From positions 21,973 through 85,972 of the forward strand of contig DDKM01000069.1 in assembly GCA_002339345.1 (NCBI GenBank): 64,000 nucleotides of DNA. The letters are read 5' to 3'. Below, piece by piece: positions 9,548-17,742 of this stretch. The notes beneath the pieces were generated by a model. That model did not search any database and was not told where the DNA came from. It saw nothing but the letters and a program-made list of their open reading frames with translations. The stretch's first letter is position 1. Every line of letters starts with the position of its first letter. Source of the DNA: Firmicutes bacterium UBA2598. Its GTDB lineage: Bacteria > Bacillota > PH28-bin88. A program made the position numbers and the translations under genes.

Positions 9548-10074
9548 CTGGCTTCCGCTCCCAACTGCCTGGCCGACTGCAGCTCTTTTTGCTCATGATC
9601 GTACAACACCTTGTCCAAGTCCAGCAGAATAATCAGTTGCTCCTGCCACTTACCTACCCCGCGCAGGTAGGCCACATCCACCCCTGATAGCACCGGTGGC
9701 GGCGGTTCAATATTGGCCTTGGGCAGACGGAGCACCTCAGACACCGAATCCACGATCATCCCGACGGTCACACCGTTTACCTCCACCACCATAATACGGG
9801 AATTCTGGGTCTGTTCTTCCGCCGGCAGCCCGAACCGCTTGTGCAGGTCAATGACAGGGACGATGCGGCCGCGGAGGTTGATAACTCCTTCCACAAACTC
9901 AGGGGTGCGGGGCACCTCTGTGATGGCCTGCATGCGGATAATCTCGTGCACCGAAGAAATATCCACTCCATAGGTTTCACCAGCCAACTGGAAAACCACC
10001 AACTGTTCTTCCCCATTTTCCAGCTTTTTTTCATCAATCACCTGTCTCACCCTTTCTGAAAGGCTAGAACCCAA
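9544..10074 (-). CDS. cheW: Chemotaxis coupling protein CheW
   Basis: 176 aa with a typical CheW core (QLVVFQLAGETYGVDISSVHEI...INLRGRIVPVIDL). The start is uncertain: either TTG at 10074 or a downstream GTG. Confidence 0.88.
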   Translation of the reverse strand: MGSSLSERVRQVIDEKKLENGEEQLVVFQLAGETYGVDISSVHEIIRMQAITEVPRTPEFVEGVINLRGRIVPVIDLHKRFGLPAEEQTQNSRIMVVEVNGVTVGMIVDSVSEVLRLPKANIEPPPPVLSGVDVAYLRGVGKWQEQLIILLDLDKVLYDHEQKELQSARQLGAEAR

Positions 10075-10155
10075 TTACCAGGGGATTTCTTCCGCTCTAA
10101 TTCAACAAATTACCCTAAAATTCCTTTGCTGTTATTTACTGAGCCAGTAATTTTG

Positions 10156-11367
10156 TCAAGAAAACATGCGGCTGGGCCGGGTATGGCGATACCTCCGGCG
10201 GGACCGGCGGTATCCCACAATTTTCCCAACCAGGAAGATAAGGAGGGCAGATAGGCTGATGCGCAGCCACCATTCACTGGCAGAAAGGCCACCAGGCCAA
10301 TCCTCCGCAGCCACCAAGGATACCCGGCCCACTTCCGACCCGTCCAAGCGAAATACCATTTCACCGGCCCGTTGGCCCTGGGTCAGTGGCCCGCGCCACC
10401 TTTCCAGCTTGATGATGCCAGTAGGTACCGGCCCACCGGCCTGGCCCAAATAACGCAAGGTGGTTTCCGCCACCAGCCCATACTGTCTATCCTTGGGACC
10501 AGTCAGATAAGCAACCTGTTGACCCTCCTCTACCAGAATGTTGTTGTGGAAGTTGGCAAAACCATAATCCAATAGGGCGCTGGCGTCATTGAATACATCC
10601 CTGGCATTGCTGTTCAGCACCACCGCCAAAAAGCTGTCAGTACCACGGGTGGCTGCGGCAACCAGGTTATAACCGGCCTGGGAGGTGTAACCAGTTTTGA
10701 CCCCGGCGATACCCTCATACACCCCCAGCAGGCGGTTATGATTGACCAGGGTGCTCTCCCACACTGCCCCCTGCCACTCCCTGGTGCGGGTGGCCACAAT
10801 TTGCCGGAATTTTGCATTGGCCATGGCTGCCCTGGTAATCTTGGCCAAATCCGCAGCAGTGGAATAATGATCGGGATGGTGTAACCCGTGGGGATTGATA
10901 AAATTGGAACCGGTGGCCCCCAATTCCCTGGCCTTCTGGTTCATCATCCGGGCAAAACCCTCCATGGAACCACCGATATGTTCCGCGATGGCCAGAGCGG
11001 CATCATTGCCGGAGTTCAACATCATGGCATATAACAGGTCTTCCAGGGTCTGCTGCTCCCCGGCCTTCAGGTAAACCCGGGTACCCTCCACCCGGGGCGG
11101 GTTGACCCCGATGGTGATTAGTTCATCCATCTGCCCCCTTTCCAGTGCCACCATGGCGGTCAGGATCTTGGTGGTGCTGGCAGGGTACATCCGTTCACTG
11201 CCGTTTTGCTGGTATAACACGCGCCCGGAAGCCAGATCCATTAAAAGGGAGGCCTTGGCGGCCATCCGGGGGGGATTGGGTGTGGCTGTAGCTGGTGTAG
11301 CGATAGTCAAGCTGGAAAACAGCAGGGCTATGAGTACAATTAGTTTCCAGAAGGTCTTGATGGGCAT
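10156..11367 (-). CDS. D-alanyl-D-alanine carboxypeptidase (PBP5/DacB-DacF type, S11 family), C-terminal membrane anchor
   Basis: 403 aa with a signal peptide. All three catalytic motifs are present: SxxK (ASTTK), SxN (SGND) and KTG (VKTGYT). GGAGGGG RBS. Confidence 0.9.
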   Translation of the reverse strand: MPIKTFWKLIVLIALLFSSLTIATPATATPNPPRMAAKASLLMDLASGRVLYQQNGSERMYPASTTKILTAMVALERGQMDELITIGVNPPRVEGTRVYLKAGEQQTLEDLLYAMMLNSGNDAALAIAEHIGGSMEGFARMMNQKARELGATGSNFINPHGLHHPDHYSTAADLAKITRAAMANAKFRQIVATRTREWQGAVWESTLVNHNRLLGVYEGIAGVKTGYTSQAGYNLVAAATRGTDSFLAVVLNSNARDVFNDASALLDYGFANFHNNILVEEGQQVAYLTGPKDRQYGLVAETTLRYLGQAGGPVPTGIIKLERWRGPLTQGQRAGEMVFRLDGSEVGRVSLVAAEDWPGGLSASEWWLRISLSALLIFLVGKIVGYRRSRRRYRHTRPSRMFS

Positions 11368-11535
11368 CCTATCCCCTCCATCGGCATGTTTCGTCCTTTA
11401 ACGACGACAAGCCCATTATAACATGGGTGTTCCGGCGGATGGGATGGCATTTGCTGTCACCTGGACTGTCCCTATTCAGGGGATTATGTTATAGTTAGCG
11501 GAGGGAAGATTTTCATCAAGGGGGAGAGGTTGGCC

Positions 11536-12174
11536 ATGGAACCCAGGGTAGAACTTGTCCGGTGGACACCCGACGCCGACCGGCTGGCCATGGAAGCGGC
11601 GGCCATTTGCTATGATACGGAACCGGACCCGGCGGTAATTCGCTTCTGTATTAAAAGCGGGCACCACTCGGTACTGGAACACAATGCCTTTACATTTAAG
11701 ATCTGGGTTGCCCGGGTCATCAGCCAGCAGTTCACCCGGCACCGGCTGGCTTCTTTTTCCCAGCGTTCTCAACGCTACTGTGTGGAAGACGCCTTTGCCT
11801 ATTATACTCCACCGGAAATTGCCAAACAGCCGGAAATCTGCGCCCAGTGGCACGATTTCCAGGCCCGTATCCAGGAATTTTATAATCAGATGATTCAAAA
11901 GGGGATACCGGCGGAAAGCGCCCGGATGGTGTTATCCAACGCCACAGAAACGGTATTCTACATGACCATGAACGCCAGGGAGCTACGGCATTTTTTCCGC
12001 CTACGCCTGTGCCGCCGCGCCCAGCGGGAGATCCGGCTCATCGCCTGGCGGATGCTGGAACAGGTGCAGGGTGTGGCCCCCCTGTTATTCGCGGACATTG
12101 ACTACCCCTGCAAAATGGCGGGCAGCTGTGACCAGGGCAAGATGTCCTGTGGCCTCATCAAGGCCAAAGACTAA
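11536..12174 (+). CDS. thyX: FAD-dependent thymidylate synthase ThyX
   Basis: Carries the ThyX signature RHRLASFSQRSQRY. I prefer the ATG at 11536 (GGGGGAGAGG RBS) over the TTG at 11530 given in the track. Confidence 0.92.
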   Translation: MEPRVELVRWTPDADRLAMEAAAICYDTEPDPAVIRFCIKSGHHSVLEHNAFTFKIWVARVISQQFTRHRLASFSQRSQRYCVEDAFAYYTPPEIAKQPEICAQWHDFQARIQEFYNQMIQKGIPAESARMVLSNATETVFYMTMNARELRHFFRLRLCRRAQREIRLIAWRMLEQVQGVAPLLFADIDYPCKMAGSCDQGKMSCGLIKAKD

Positions 12175-13712
12175 TGGTACCTTACCCCGTAAGAAAGGGT
12201 TTTCAGCTTCTCCGCCCGGGGACCGGCCTTTAACACCGTCCCCGGGTGGACGGTATCCGCGATGATCCACTTACCGCCGGGCACCACCACCTCCGTGGCC
12301 GCTTCCGACGGACTGCCCAGTTCCCGCACCTTGACATCACCACCGGCCCTGATGCTGCCATTGCGGAAAGTGCCCGGCCGGCCGTCGATGGTGACGGTAT
12401 CGCCGGCATAAATCTCGGTATAATAGGCTCCCTTGCCCATCACCCGCACCATACCGCTGGCTTCCAGCCTGGAGTTCTGGGCATAGGCCACAGTAATACT
12501 GGATTTCCTGTTCTCCTGGGCCTCCACCGCATCGGCAAACCGTCGGGACTCCTGCCGGAAACGATCGATGAACTCCGCCATTTCCCCGAGCTTTTTAAAG
12601 GATACCGGCCCCAGGCCGGTCATTCTCTTCTGAGCATCCACCACCACCGCCATAATGCCTTCCAGATTCACAATTTCCTGGGACCGGGACTGGGCCTTGA
12701 TTTCATCTAATAGATCCACCAGGGACTGCAGGGCAGAAGCCACGTGGGTATATTTCTTCTCCAGCAGCAGTTTCAGCAGCACTCCCTCCCCAAACTGGAT
12801 TAACTGCGGGTTAGCTCCCACGACAGGGTTTTCCTTTAACTGGTATGCTGCATCCAATAACTCCTGCAGGAGGCTGCCGATTTCCGCTGACTGCTCCACC
12901 ACCTTTTTATACAGTACCACAGAACCACCTGCCCTGATGGTGCTACTCAGCACATTTTGGTGAATTTTCACGTCTCCACCGGCATAGATAACCGCATGGG
13001 AAACGGTGCCCATTACCTCCACCTGCCCCAGGGCTTCCACCGTCATTCCCTCCGCTACCCCGCCCTTAATCACCAGGTCGCCCCGGAAACGGATATGGCC
13101 GATGGTGTGATCTACATTGCCGTTAATTACATGGACTGGGTAAACAGCAAACAGGGGACCGTTCTGCTCCGGCCGGCCGTTGATGGTGGCAACCACCCGG
13201 GACCCGTCCGGCTCCACCTCCGCTCCCTGCCCTGCCTTCAACACCACATCCCGAGGCTTTGGCGGCGGGACCGGCTGTCCCAGCACATTGGTGCCCGGCA
13301 CCCCCTCCTCCGGTGGAATGCGGATCCCCAACACCTCGCCGGGGGCTACGCTGATGATGCCCGCAAAACTAACCATCTCCGCCTGCCGGGCTTCCTCCTC
13401 CCTTTGCTGTTGTTTCTCCCGGAACACACACCTGATGGAGGCATCCCTTCCCGGTTGTGGCGGGTTGCCCCGAGCTACAGGGATCTCTTGCCCCAAATGA
13501 TTTAATGCCTTTTCCACCAGTTCCGGGTCAATCCCGAACACAACGCCCTTTTCCTCAAGAACCGCCAGCACAGCCTCCCTTGTCAATTCAGGCGAAGCAT
13601 GCTCACCGTCATCCACCTGGTCTTCCAGCAGTTGGGGCGGTTTTGGCAAACTAACAAAGGCTGTCATTTTATCCGCTGAGATGCGAATCCTGATCCCCAG
13701 ATCGTTACCCAT
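12171..13712 (-). CDS. DUF342 / FapA (flagellar assembly protein A) family protein
   Basis: The ORF is open to 13880, but the upstream part covers a riboswitch and terminator. I prefer the ATG at 13712 with its AAAGGGGTGA RBS (MGNDLGIRIRISADKMTAFVSL...). The C-terminal repetitive beta-helix-like segments (GDVKIHQNV..., GGSVVLY..., GDTVTIDG..., GGDVKVRE...) are typical of DUF342. Confidence 0.8.
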   Translation of the reverse strand: MGNDLGIRIRISADKMTAFVSLPKPPQLLEDQVDDGEHASPELTREAVLAVLEEKGVVFGIDPELVEKALNHLGQEIPVARGNPPQPGRDASIRCVFREKQQQREEEARQAEMVSFAGIISVAPGEVLGIRIPPEEGVPGTNVLGQPVPPPKPRDVVLKAGQGAEVEPDGSRVVATINGRPEQNGPLFAVYPVHVINGNVDHTIGHIRFRGDLVIKGGVAEGMTVEALGQVEVMGTVSHAVIYAGGDVKIHQNVLSSTIRAGGSVVLYKKVVEQSAEIGSLLQELLDAAYQLKENPVVGANPQLIQFGEGVLLKLLLEKKYTHVASALQSLVDLLDEIKAQSRSQEIVNLEGIMAVVVDAQKRMTGLGPVSFKKLGEMAEFIDRFRQESRRFADAVEAQENRKSSITVAYAQNSRLEASGMVRVMGKGAYYTEIYAGDTVTIDGRPGTFRNGSIRAGGDVKVRELGSPSEAATEVVVPGGKWIIADTVHPGTVLKAGPRAEKLKTLSYGVRYH

Positions 13713-13735
13713 GCTATTCACCCCTTTCCAGTCCG

Positions 13736-13774
13736 TATAATACCTAAAAGCCCTCTGTCCTGAAGGCAGAGGGC
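13736..13774 (-). terminator. Intrinsic terminator serving as the riboswitch expression platform (and the only terminator after rmlA)
   Basis: On the minus strand, GCCCUCUG(CC)-loop-(GG)CAGAGGGC is followed by UUUUAGGUAUUAU. It lies about 25 nt before the RBS of the DUF342 gene. Confidence 0.75.
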
Positions 13775-13783
13775 AAACGTATA

Positions 13784-13892
13784 CCTCCAGCGGCAACCCG
13801 GCGATCTTGGCCCTGCCGATGTCCGGCAAAAGCTGTAGACCCGTAGCTTTGCGTCCCTCCCTTTCGGAAGGTTTGCCCAAAGGCGCTTAGGT
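13784..13892 (-). promoter_or_regulatory. c-di-GMP-I (GEMM-I) riboswitch aptamer
   Basis: The minus strand reads AAGCGCCUUUGGGCAAACCUUCCGAAAGGGAGGGACGCAAAGCUACGGGUCUACAGCUUUUGCCGGACAUCGGCAGGGCCAAGAUCGCCGGGUUGCCGCUGG. It contains GGCAAACC, a GAAA-tetraloop hairpin, GACGCAAAGC and a 3' GGGUUnCCG, in the same order as the Vc2-type aptamer as I recall it. Confidence 0.85.
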
Positions 13893-13989
13893 GCTTGCAT
13901 TCTGGTGGTTAAATGATTAATATATTTTTCGACGCTTTCGGACGGGCTCCTGCCAAATATTGCGTCAAACGAGTGAAAAATGTGCAAGA

Positions 13990-15054
13990 TCAATCATCCA
14001 GCAACAGGCGGGAATGGTCAGTCACCAGTAAGCGGTGGGCCTTTGGCCGCCCGGGTCCCCGGGCGATTACCGCACACCGGCCGATGACACTATCCGCCAG
14101 GCGTCCGGCCTCCCGCAAAACAGCCCCTTCCATCACAATGCTCTGCTGTACCTCCACCCCCAAAAGCCTGCTTTTGTTCCCAATGGAGGTATATGGCCCC
14201 ACATAACTGTTGACAACTTCACAGCCCTCACCGATAATGACCGGTCCGCAGATTACGGAATTCCGGATCCTGGTACCACCCCCTACCGCGACCTTGCCCT
14301 GGATCATGGAGGCGGCATCCGACTGACCGCCCATTTGGCCTGCCAGCCGGTCCAAAAGGTAGCGGTTGGCGTCCAGCAGATCATCCACCAGTCCGGTATC
14401 CTTCCACCACCCCTGCAGGGTATGGGCTGTTACCTGGGCCTGATCCTCCACCAACACCTGGATGGCATCGGTTATTTCCAGTTCATTGCGCCAGGAAGGG
14501 GTGATGCGGTTGATGGCAGAAAATATTTGCGGTTGAAAAAGGTAGACACCGATCAGGGCCAGGTTGCTGACCGGCCGGGCTGGCTTCTCTACCACCCTGA
14601 TCACCCGGGAATTCTCCACCTCCGCCACCCCGAACAGGCGAGGATTCGCCACCGGAGTAACCACCACCAGGGCCTGGCAGTCCTCCCGGTAAAATCGCTG
14701 GATGATCTGTGACAGGTCTTCCTGCAGTAAGTTATCCCCCAAGTACAGCATGAAGGGATCATCTCCCAAGAACGGCCTAGCCACTAAAACGGCGTGGGCC
14801 AAACCCAAGGGTTCCTCCTGGTGGATGTAGGTTACCTTTACACCAAATCGCTGCCCGTCTCCTATCGCCGCCATGATCTCCCTGCGGGTATCACCCACCA
14901 CCAGGCCGATTTCCCGGACACCAGCCTGAGACATGCCCTCCAGGATATAATAAAGGATGGGCTTGTTGGCAACCGGCAGCAGCTGTTTGGCACAGGCGTA
15001 GGTCAGGGGCCGCAGGCGGGTTCCCTTACCACCGCTTAAAATCAGGCCTTTCAT
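13990..15054 (-). CDS. rmlA: Glucose-1-phosphate thymidylyltransferase, long form with a C-terminal left-handed beta-helix domain
   Basis: I prefer the start at ATG 15054 (GGGAGGTGG RBS), giving MKGLILSGGKGTRLRPLTY (nucleotidyltransferase G-loop). The C-terminus has hexapeptide repeats. It is the last gene of the rml cluster. Confidence 0.85.
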   Translation of the reverse strand: MKGLILSGGKGTRLRPLTYACAKQLLPVANKPILYYILEGMSQAGVREIGLVVGDTRREIMAAIGDGQRFGVKVTYIHQEEPLGLAHAVLVARPFLGDDPFMLYLGDNLLQEDLSQIIQRFYREDCQALVVVTPVANPRLFGVAEVENSRVIRVVEKPARPVSNLALIGVYLFQPQIFSAINRITPSWRNELEITDAIQVLVEDQAQVTAHTLQGWWKDTGLVDDLLDANRYLLDRLAGQMGGQSDAASMIQGKVAVGGGTRIRNSVICGPVIIGEGCEVVNSYVGPYTSIGNKSRLLGVEVQQSIVMEGAVLREAGRLADSVIGRCAVIARGPGRPKAHRLLVTDHSRLLLDD

Positions 15055-15074
15055 GGTCCACCTCCCGTCCGATG

Positions 15075-15527
15075 CTAACCATCCTGCCGGTCCCACTTAT
15101 AGGGAATGGTGCCAGCATGGGGATCCATCCGCAGTTCATCGGGCTGCTGGTGGTTGTAGGGTCTGTCGGGGCAGTTCATCACCAGCACCTCCCCGGGGCC
15201 GATAGCCTTGAAGCCGTGCCATATACCTGGGGGTACCTGTACCAAGAGGGGCCGGTGTTCCCCCATAAACACCTCCAGGATTTCCCCCCTGGTCTGGCTT
15301 TCCGGCCGCTGATCATATAAGACCACCTTGGCCATCCCGCTAATTACCGCAAGGTTATCGGTTTGCAGCTGGTGACAGTGCCAGGCCTTGACCACCCCCG
15401 GGTAGGCAGTGGTGACATATACCTGGCCGAAACCCTTAAACAAATCCTCATCCCGGCGGAGTATTTCCGTCAAACGTCCCCGCTCGTCTGGGATCACCCG
15501 CAGATTCTTGATCTTGACCCCCTCCAT
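15075..15527 (-). CDS. rmlC: dTDP-4-dehydrorhamnose 3,5-epimerase-like cupin (short form)
   Basis: 150 aa cupin lying between rmlB and rmlA. Its start overlaps the rmlB stop (TAATG). The sequence resembles the short RmlC-like/WxcM family. Confidence 0.75.
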   Translation of the reverse strand: MEGVKIKNLRVIPDERGRLTEILRRDEDLFKGFGQVYVTTAYPGVVKAWHCHQLQTDNLAVISGMAKVVLYDQRPESQTRGEILEVFMGEHRPLLVQVPPGIWHGFKAIGPGEVLVMNCPDRPYNHQQPDELRMDPHAGTIPYKWDRQDG

Positions 15528-16525
15528 TAGTAACGATCCCTCCTCTTAAAAACTACCCCCAGTTCTGGATTACACCACTCCGGGTGAGCCTGGTACCACC
15601 GAACGGTGGCCTGCAGGCCGGCTTGGAAGGAGTGAAGGGGGAACCATTGCAGTTCCGTGGCAATCTTGGTGGCATCAATGGCATACCGGCGGTCATGACC
15701 GGGCCGGTCCGGCACAAAGGTAATCAGGTCAGCTGGTTTTCCCAACAACTCCAACACCGCCATGGCGACCTGCAAATTGCTAAGTTCACCACCCCCACCG
15801 ATGTTATAAACCTCACCGGGTTTCCCGCCATGCATCACAGCGTCCAATGCCCGGCAGTGGTCCTCAACGTGGATCCAGTCCCGTACCTGCTGTCCATCAC
15901 CGTATAAAGGCAACGGCCGCCCTGCCAGGGCGTTGCTAATGAGCAGGGGAATGAACTTTTCAGGGTATTGGTAAGGGCCGTAATTATTTGAACAGCGCGT
16001 GATCATCACCGGCAACCCGTAGGTGCGGTGATAGGCCCTGGCTAGGCAGTCCGCGCCTGCTTTACTGGCGGCATAGGGATTGTTGGGCTTAAGGGGTGAA
16101 CCCTCGTCAAACCGTCCGTCCTCTCCCAGGCTGCCGTAAACCTCATCGGTGGAAACCTGTACGAATCCCTTGACACCATAGCAGCGGGCCGCTTCCAGCA
16201 GGTTCTGGGTACCGGCCACATTGGTCCGGACAAAGGCGGCGGAGTCGTTGATGCTGCGATCAACGTGGGTTTCCGCCGCCAGGTTCACAACCAGATCCAC
16301 TCCCCGGTTGAACACCCGCCGCACCGTGCGCCGACAAGCAATATCTCCCCGTATAAAACAATAGTTGGGGTGACTGGACAGATCCGCCAAATTGGCTGGG
16401 TTACCGGCATAGGTCACCTTATCCAAATTGACGATGGTGTAGTCATATCTGTGCAACAGGTAGCGGATGAGATTACTGCCGATAAAGCCCATTCCTCCGG
16501 TTACCAGTATTCTTTTAAAGCTCAA
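15527..16525 (-). CDS. rmlB: dTDP-glucose 4,6-dehydratase
   Basis: 332 aa with a Rossmann motif (GGMGFIGSN), the catalytic YAASKAGAD (YxxxK), and a strong overall RmlB-like sequence. Confidence 0.93.
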   Translation of the reverse strand: MSFKRILVTGGMGFIGSNLIRYLLHRYDYTIVNLDKVTYAGNPANLADLSSHPNYCFIRGDIACRRTVRRVFNRGVDLVVNLAAETHVDRSINDSAAFVRTNVAGTQNLLEAARCYGVKGFVQVSTDEVYGSLGEDGRFDEGSPLKPNNPYAASKAGADCLARAYHRTYGLPVMITRCSNNYGPYQYPEKFIPLLISNALAGRPLPLYGDGQQVRDWIHVEDHCRALDAVMHGGKPGEVYNIGGGGELSNLQVAMAVLELLGKPADLITFVPDRPGHDRRYAIDATKIATELQWFPLHSFQAGLQATVRWYQAHPEWCNPELGVVFKRRDRY

Positions 16526-17414
16526 TGCCTTGACCCCCTTGTGGTTGTGGGCAAATGCCCTTATCTCCCATCAGGTAAGCGCCCAGGGCCTGTCGGTAGT
16601 TACGCAACATGGGAAATCCCTCCCTCCGCCACCTGTCATTGGCCAGTACACTGAAGGCCGGCCTAAGGGCGGGACGCCCCAATTCCATGGAGGTTGTGGG
16701 TATGATTTGCCAGGCCTGGTAACCGGCCAGCAGAGCCACAGCCTGGGCCAACTGGTACCAAGAGCAGCTGCCGCCATTGGTCAGGTGATAGATACCGGCC
16801 AGGGGAGCGGTGATGCCACGAGCTATCAAACGGCAGACAGCCATGGCCAGATCCCTGGTATAGGTGGGGCACCCCACCTGATCCGTCACCACCCGCATCC
16901 ATCCCACCTGTTGCAGTGAGCGGAGAGTGGTATCAACAAAATTGCGGCCGCCCGGACCGAACAACCAGGAGGTACGGAATATGACAGGGCAGCCAGCCAC
17001 CCGTAATAGCGCCCGTTCCCCGGCCAGTTTTGATTTCCCATATACGTTAATGGGACGAGGAGGAGCATCTTCCCGGTAAGGCGTGCTAGCCCGCCCATCA
17101 AAAACGTAATCGGTGCTGAAATGGACCAAGGGGATTCCCTGTTCCCGGCAGGCCAGGCCGAGGTTTAAAGGTCCAAGGGTATTGACACGGAAGGCTCTAA
17201 CCGGTTGGTGCTCACACCCGTCCACAGCGGTATAGGCAGCGGCATTGACCACAACATAGGGACGTATTTTCGCTACCACCTGTAGGACAGCGGTTCTATC
17301 TGCGATATCCAAATCCCGGCGGGTCAGAGCTTCCACCACCCACCCTGCCCTGCCAAATTCCGCCAGAAGGGCAGTGCCCAGCATACCGGCGGCTCCGGTC
17401 AGCAGGACCAGCAC
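16515..17414 (-). CDS. rmlD: dTDP-4-dehydrorhamnose reductase
   Basis: 299 aa with a GTG start. Contains LLTGAAGMLG (Rossmann), the YGKSKLAGE catalytic motif and an RmlD-like C-terminus. Confidence 0.9.
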   Translation of the reverse strand: MLVLLTGAAGMLGTALLAEFGRAGWVVEALTRRDLDIADRTAVLQVVAKIRPYVVVNAAAYTAVDGCEHQPVRAFRVNTLGPLNLGLACREQGIPLVHFSTDYVFDGRASTPYREDAPPRPINVYGKSKLAGERALLRVAGCPVIFRTSWLFGPGGRNFVDTTLRSLQQVGWMRVVTDQVGCPTYTRDLAMAVCRLIARGITAPLAGIYHLTNGGSCSWYQLAQAVALLAGYQAWQIIPTTSMELGRPALRPAFSVLANDRWRREGFPMLRNYRQALGAYLMGDKGICPQPQGGQGIEL

Positions 17415-17541
17415 CAGCCATCACCCCCCGGGTTCTCCCCCATTTGTTCAGGGCAGCCCATAAAGCCCTGATCCAGGGTATGCGTGGATGCCGAGAGGGG
17501 TGAAAACAAACCAGGTGGATAACCGGATGGCAAATTGGGTC

Positions 17542-17570
17542 TTGACGGCATATTGGGGTTGGTGTATACT
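17542..17570 (+). promoter_or_regulatory. Sigma-A-type promoter of the trp operon
   Basis: TTGACG (17542-17547), a 17-nt spacer, then TATACT (17565-17570). It lies about 170 nt upstream of trpE. Confidence 0.55.
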
Positions 17571-17600
17571 CAGCCCAATCACACAACATGCGGGGCCGTT

Positions 17601-17657
17601 GAGGGCTGCCGGTGCCAGTTGAGTTGAGATTGAGTTGAGTTGAGCGGAGCCGAGGAG
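17601..17657 (+). promoter_or_regulatory. Candidate TRAP (trp RNA-binding attenuation protein) binding site: tandem GAG triplets
   Basis: GAG triplets begin at 17621, 17626, 17632, 17637, 17642, 17647 and 17652 with 2-3 nt spacers. A further GAG abuts at 17655 and a distal one lies at 17601. The array sits immediately 5' of the attenuator terminator. Confidence 0.6.
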
Positions 17658-17681
17658 AAGCAACACCATGGGGATTGATCC

Positions 17682-17720
17682 GGGGTGGTGCTCCTTTGGA
17701 GCGCCACCCCTTTAATTTTT
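17682..17720 (+). terminator. trp leader attenuator (intrinsic terminator)
   Basis: GGGGTGGTGCTCC (17682-17694) pairs with GGAGCGCCACCCC (17698-17710) with one G-U pair, followed by TTTAATTTTTT. It lies 23 nt before the trpE start. Confidence 0.8.
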
Positions 17721-17742
17721 TCCTAAAAGGAGGCTGGATGGG

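Noticed and set aside
13718-13993. 91-aa minus-strand ORF between rmlA and the DUF342 gene
   Set aside because: It lies over the GEMM-I aptamer and its terminator. It has no RBS and no protein-like features, and the RNA motifs explain the region better.
17668-17715. 15-codon leader ORF (MGIDPGWCSFGAPPL*) with an AGGAG about 10 nt upstream, considered as a ribosome-mediated Trp attenuation peptide
   Set aside because: It has only one Trp codon with no tandem Trp run, and the ORF lies inside the terminator stem rather than upstream of alternative hairpins. It could still be relevant to translational control, but it is not classical attenuation.
17575-17720. T-box (tRNA-Trp) riboswitch as an alternative reading of the trp leader, because GGGTGGTGCTCC resembles the T-box core GGGTGGTACCGCG
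   Set aside because: The leader is only about 145 nt from the predicted TSS to the terminator. I find no Stem I with a specifier loop, no AGAGA/GNUGGA elements, and no UGG specifier in a proper context. The regularly spaced GAG triplets fit TRAP better.
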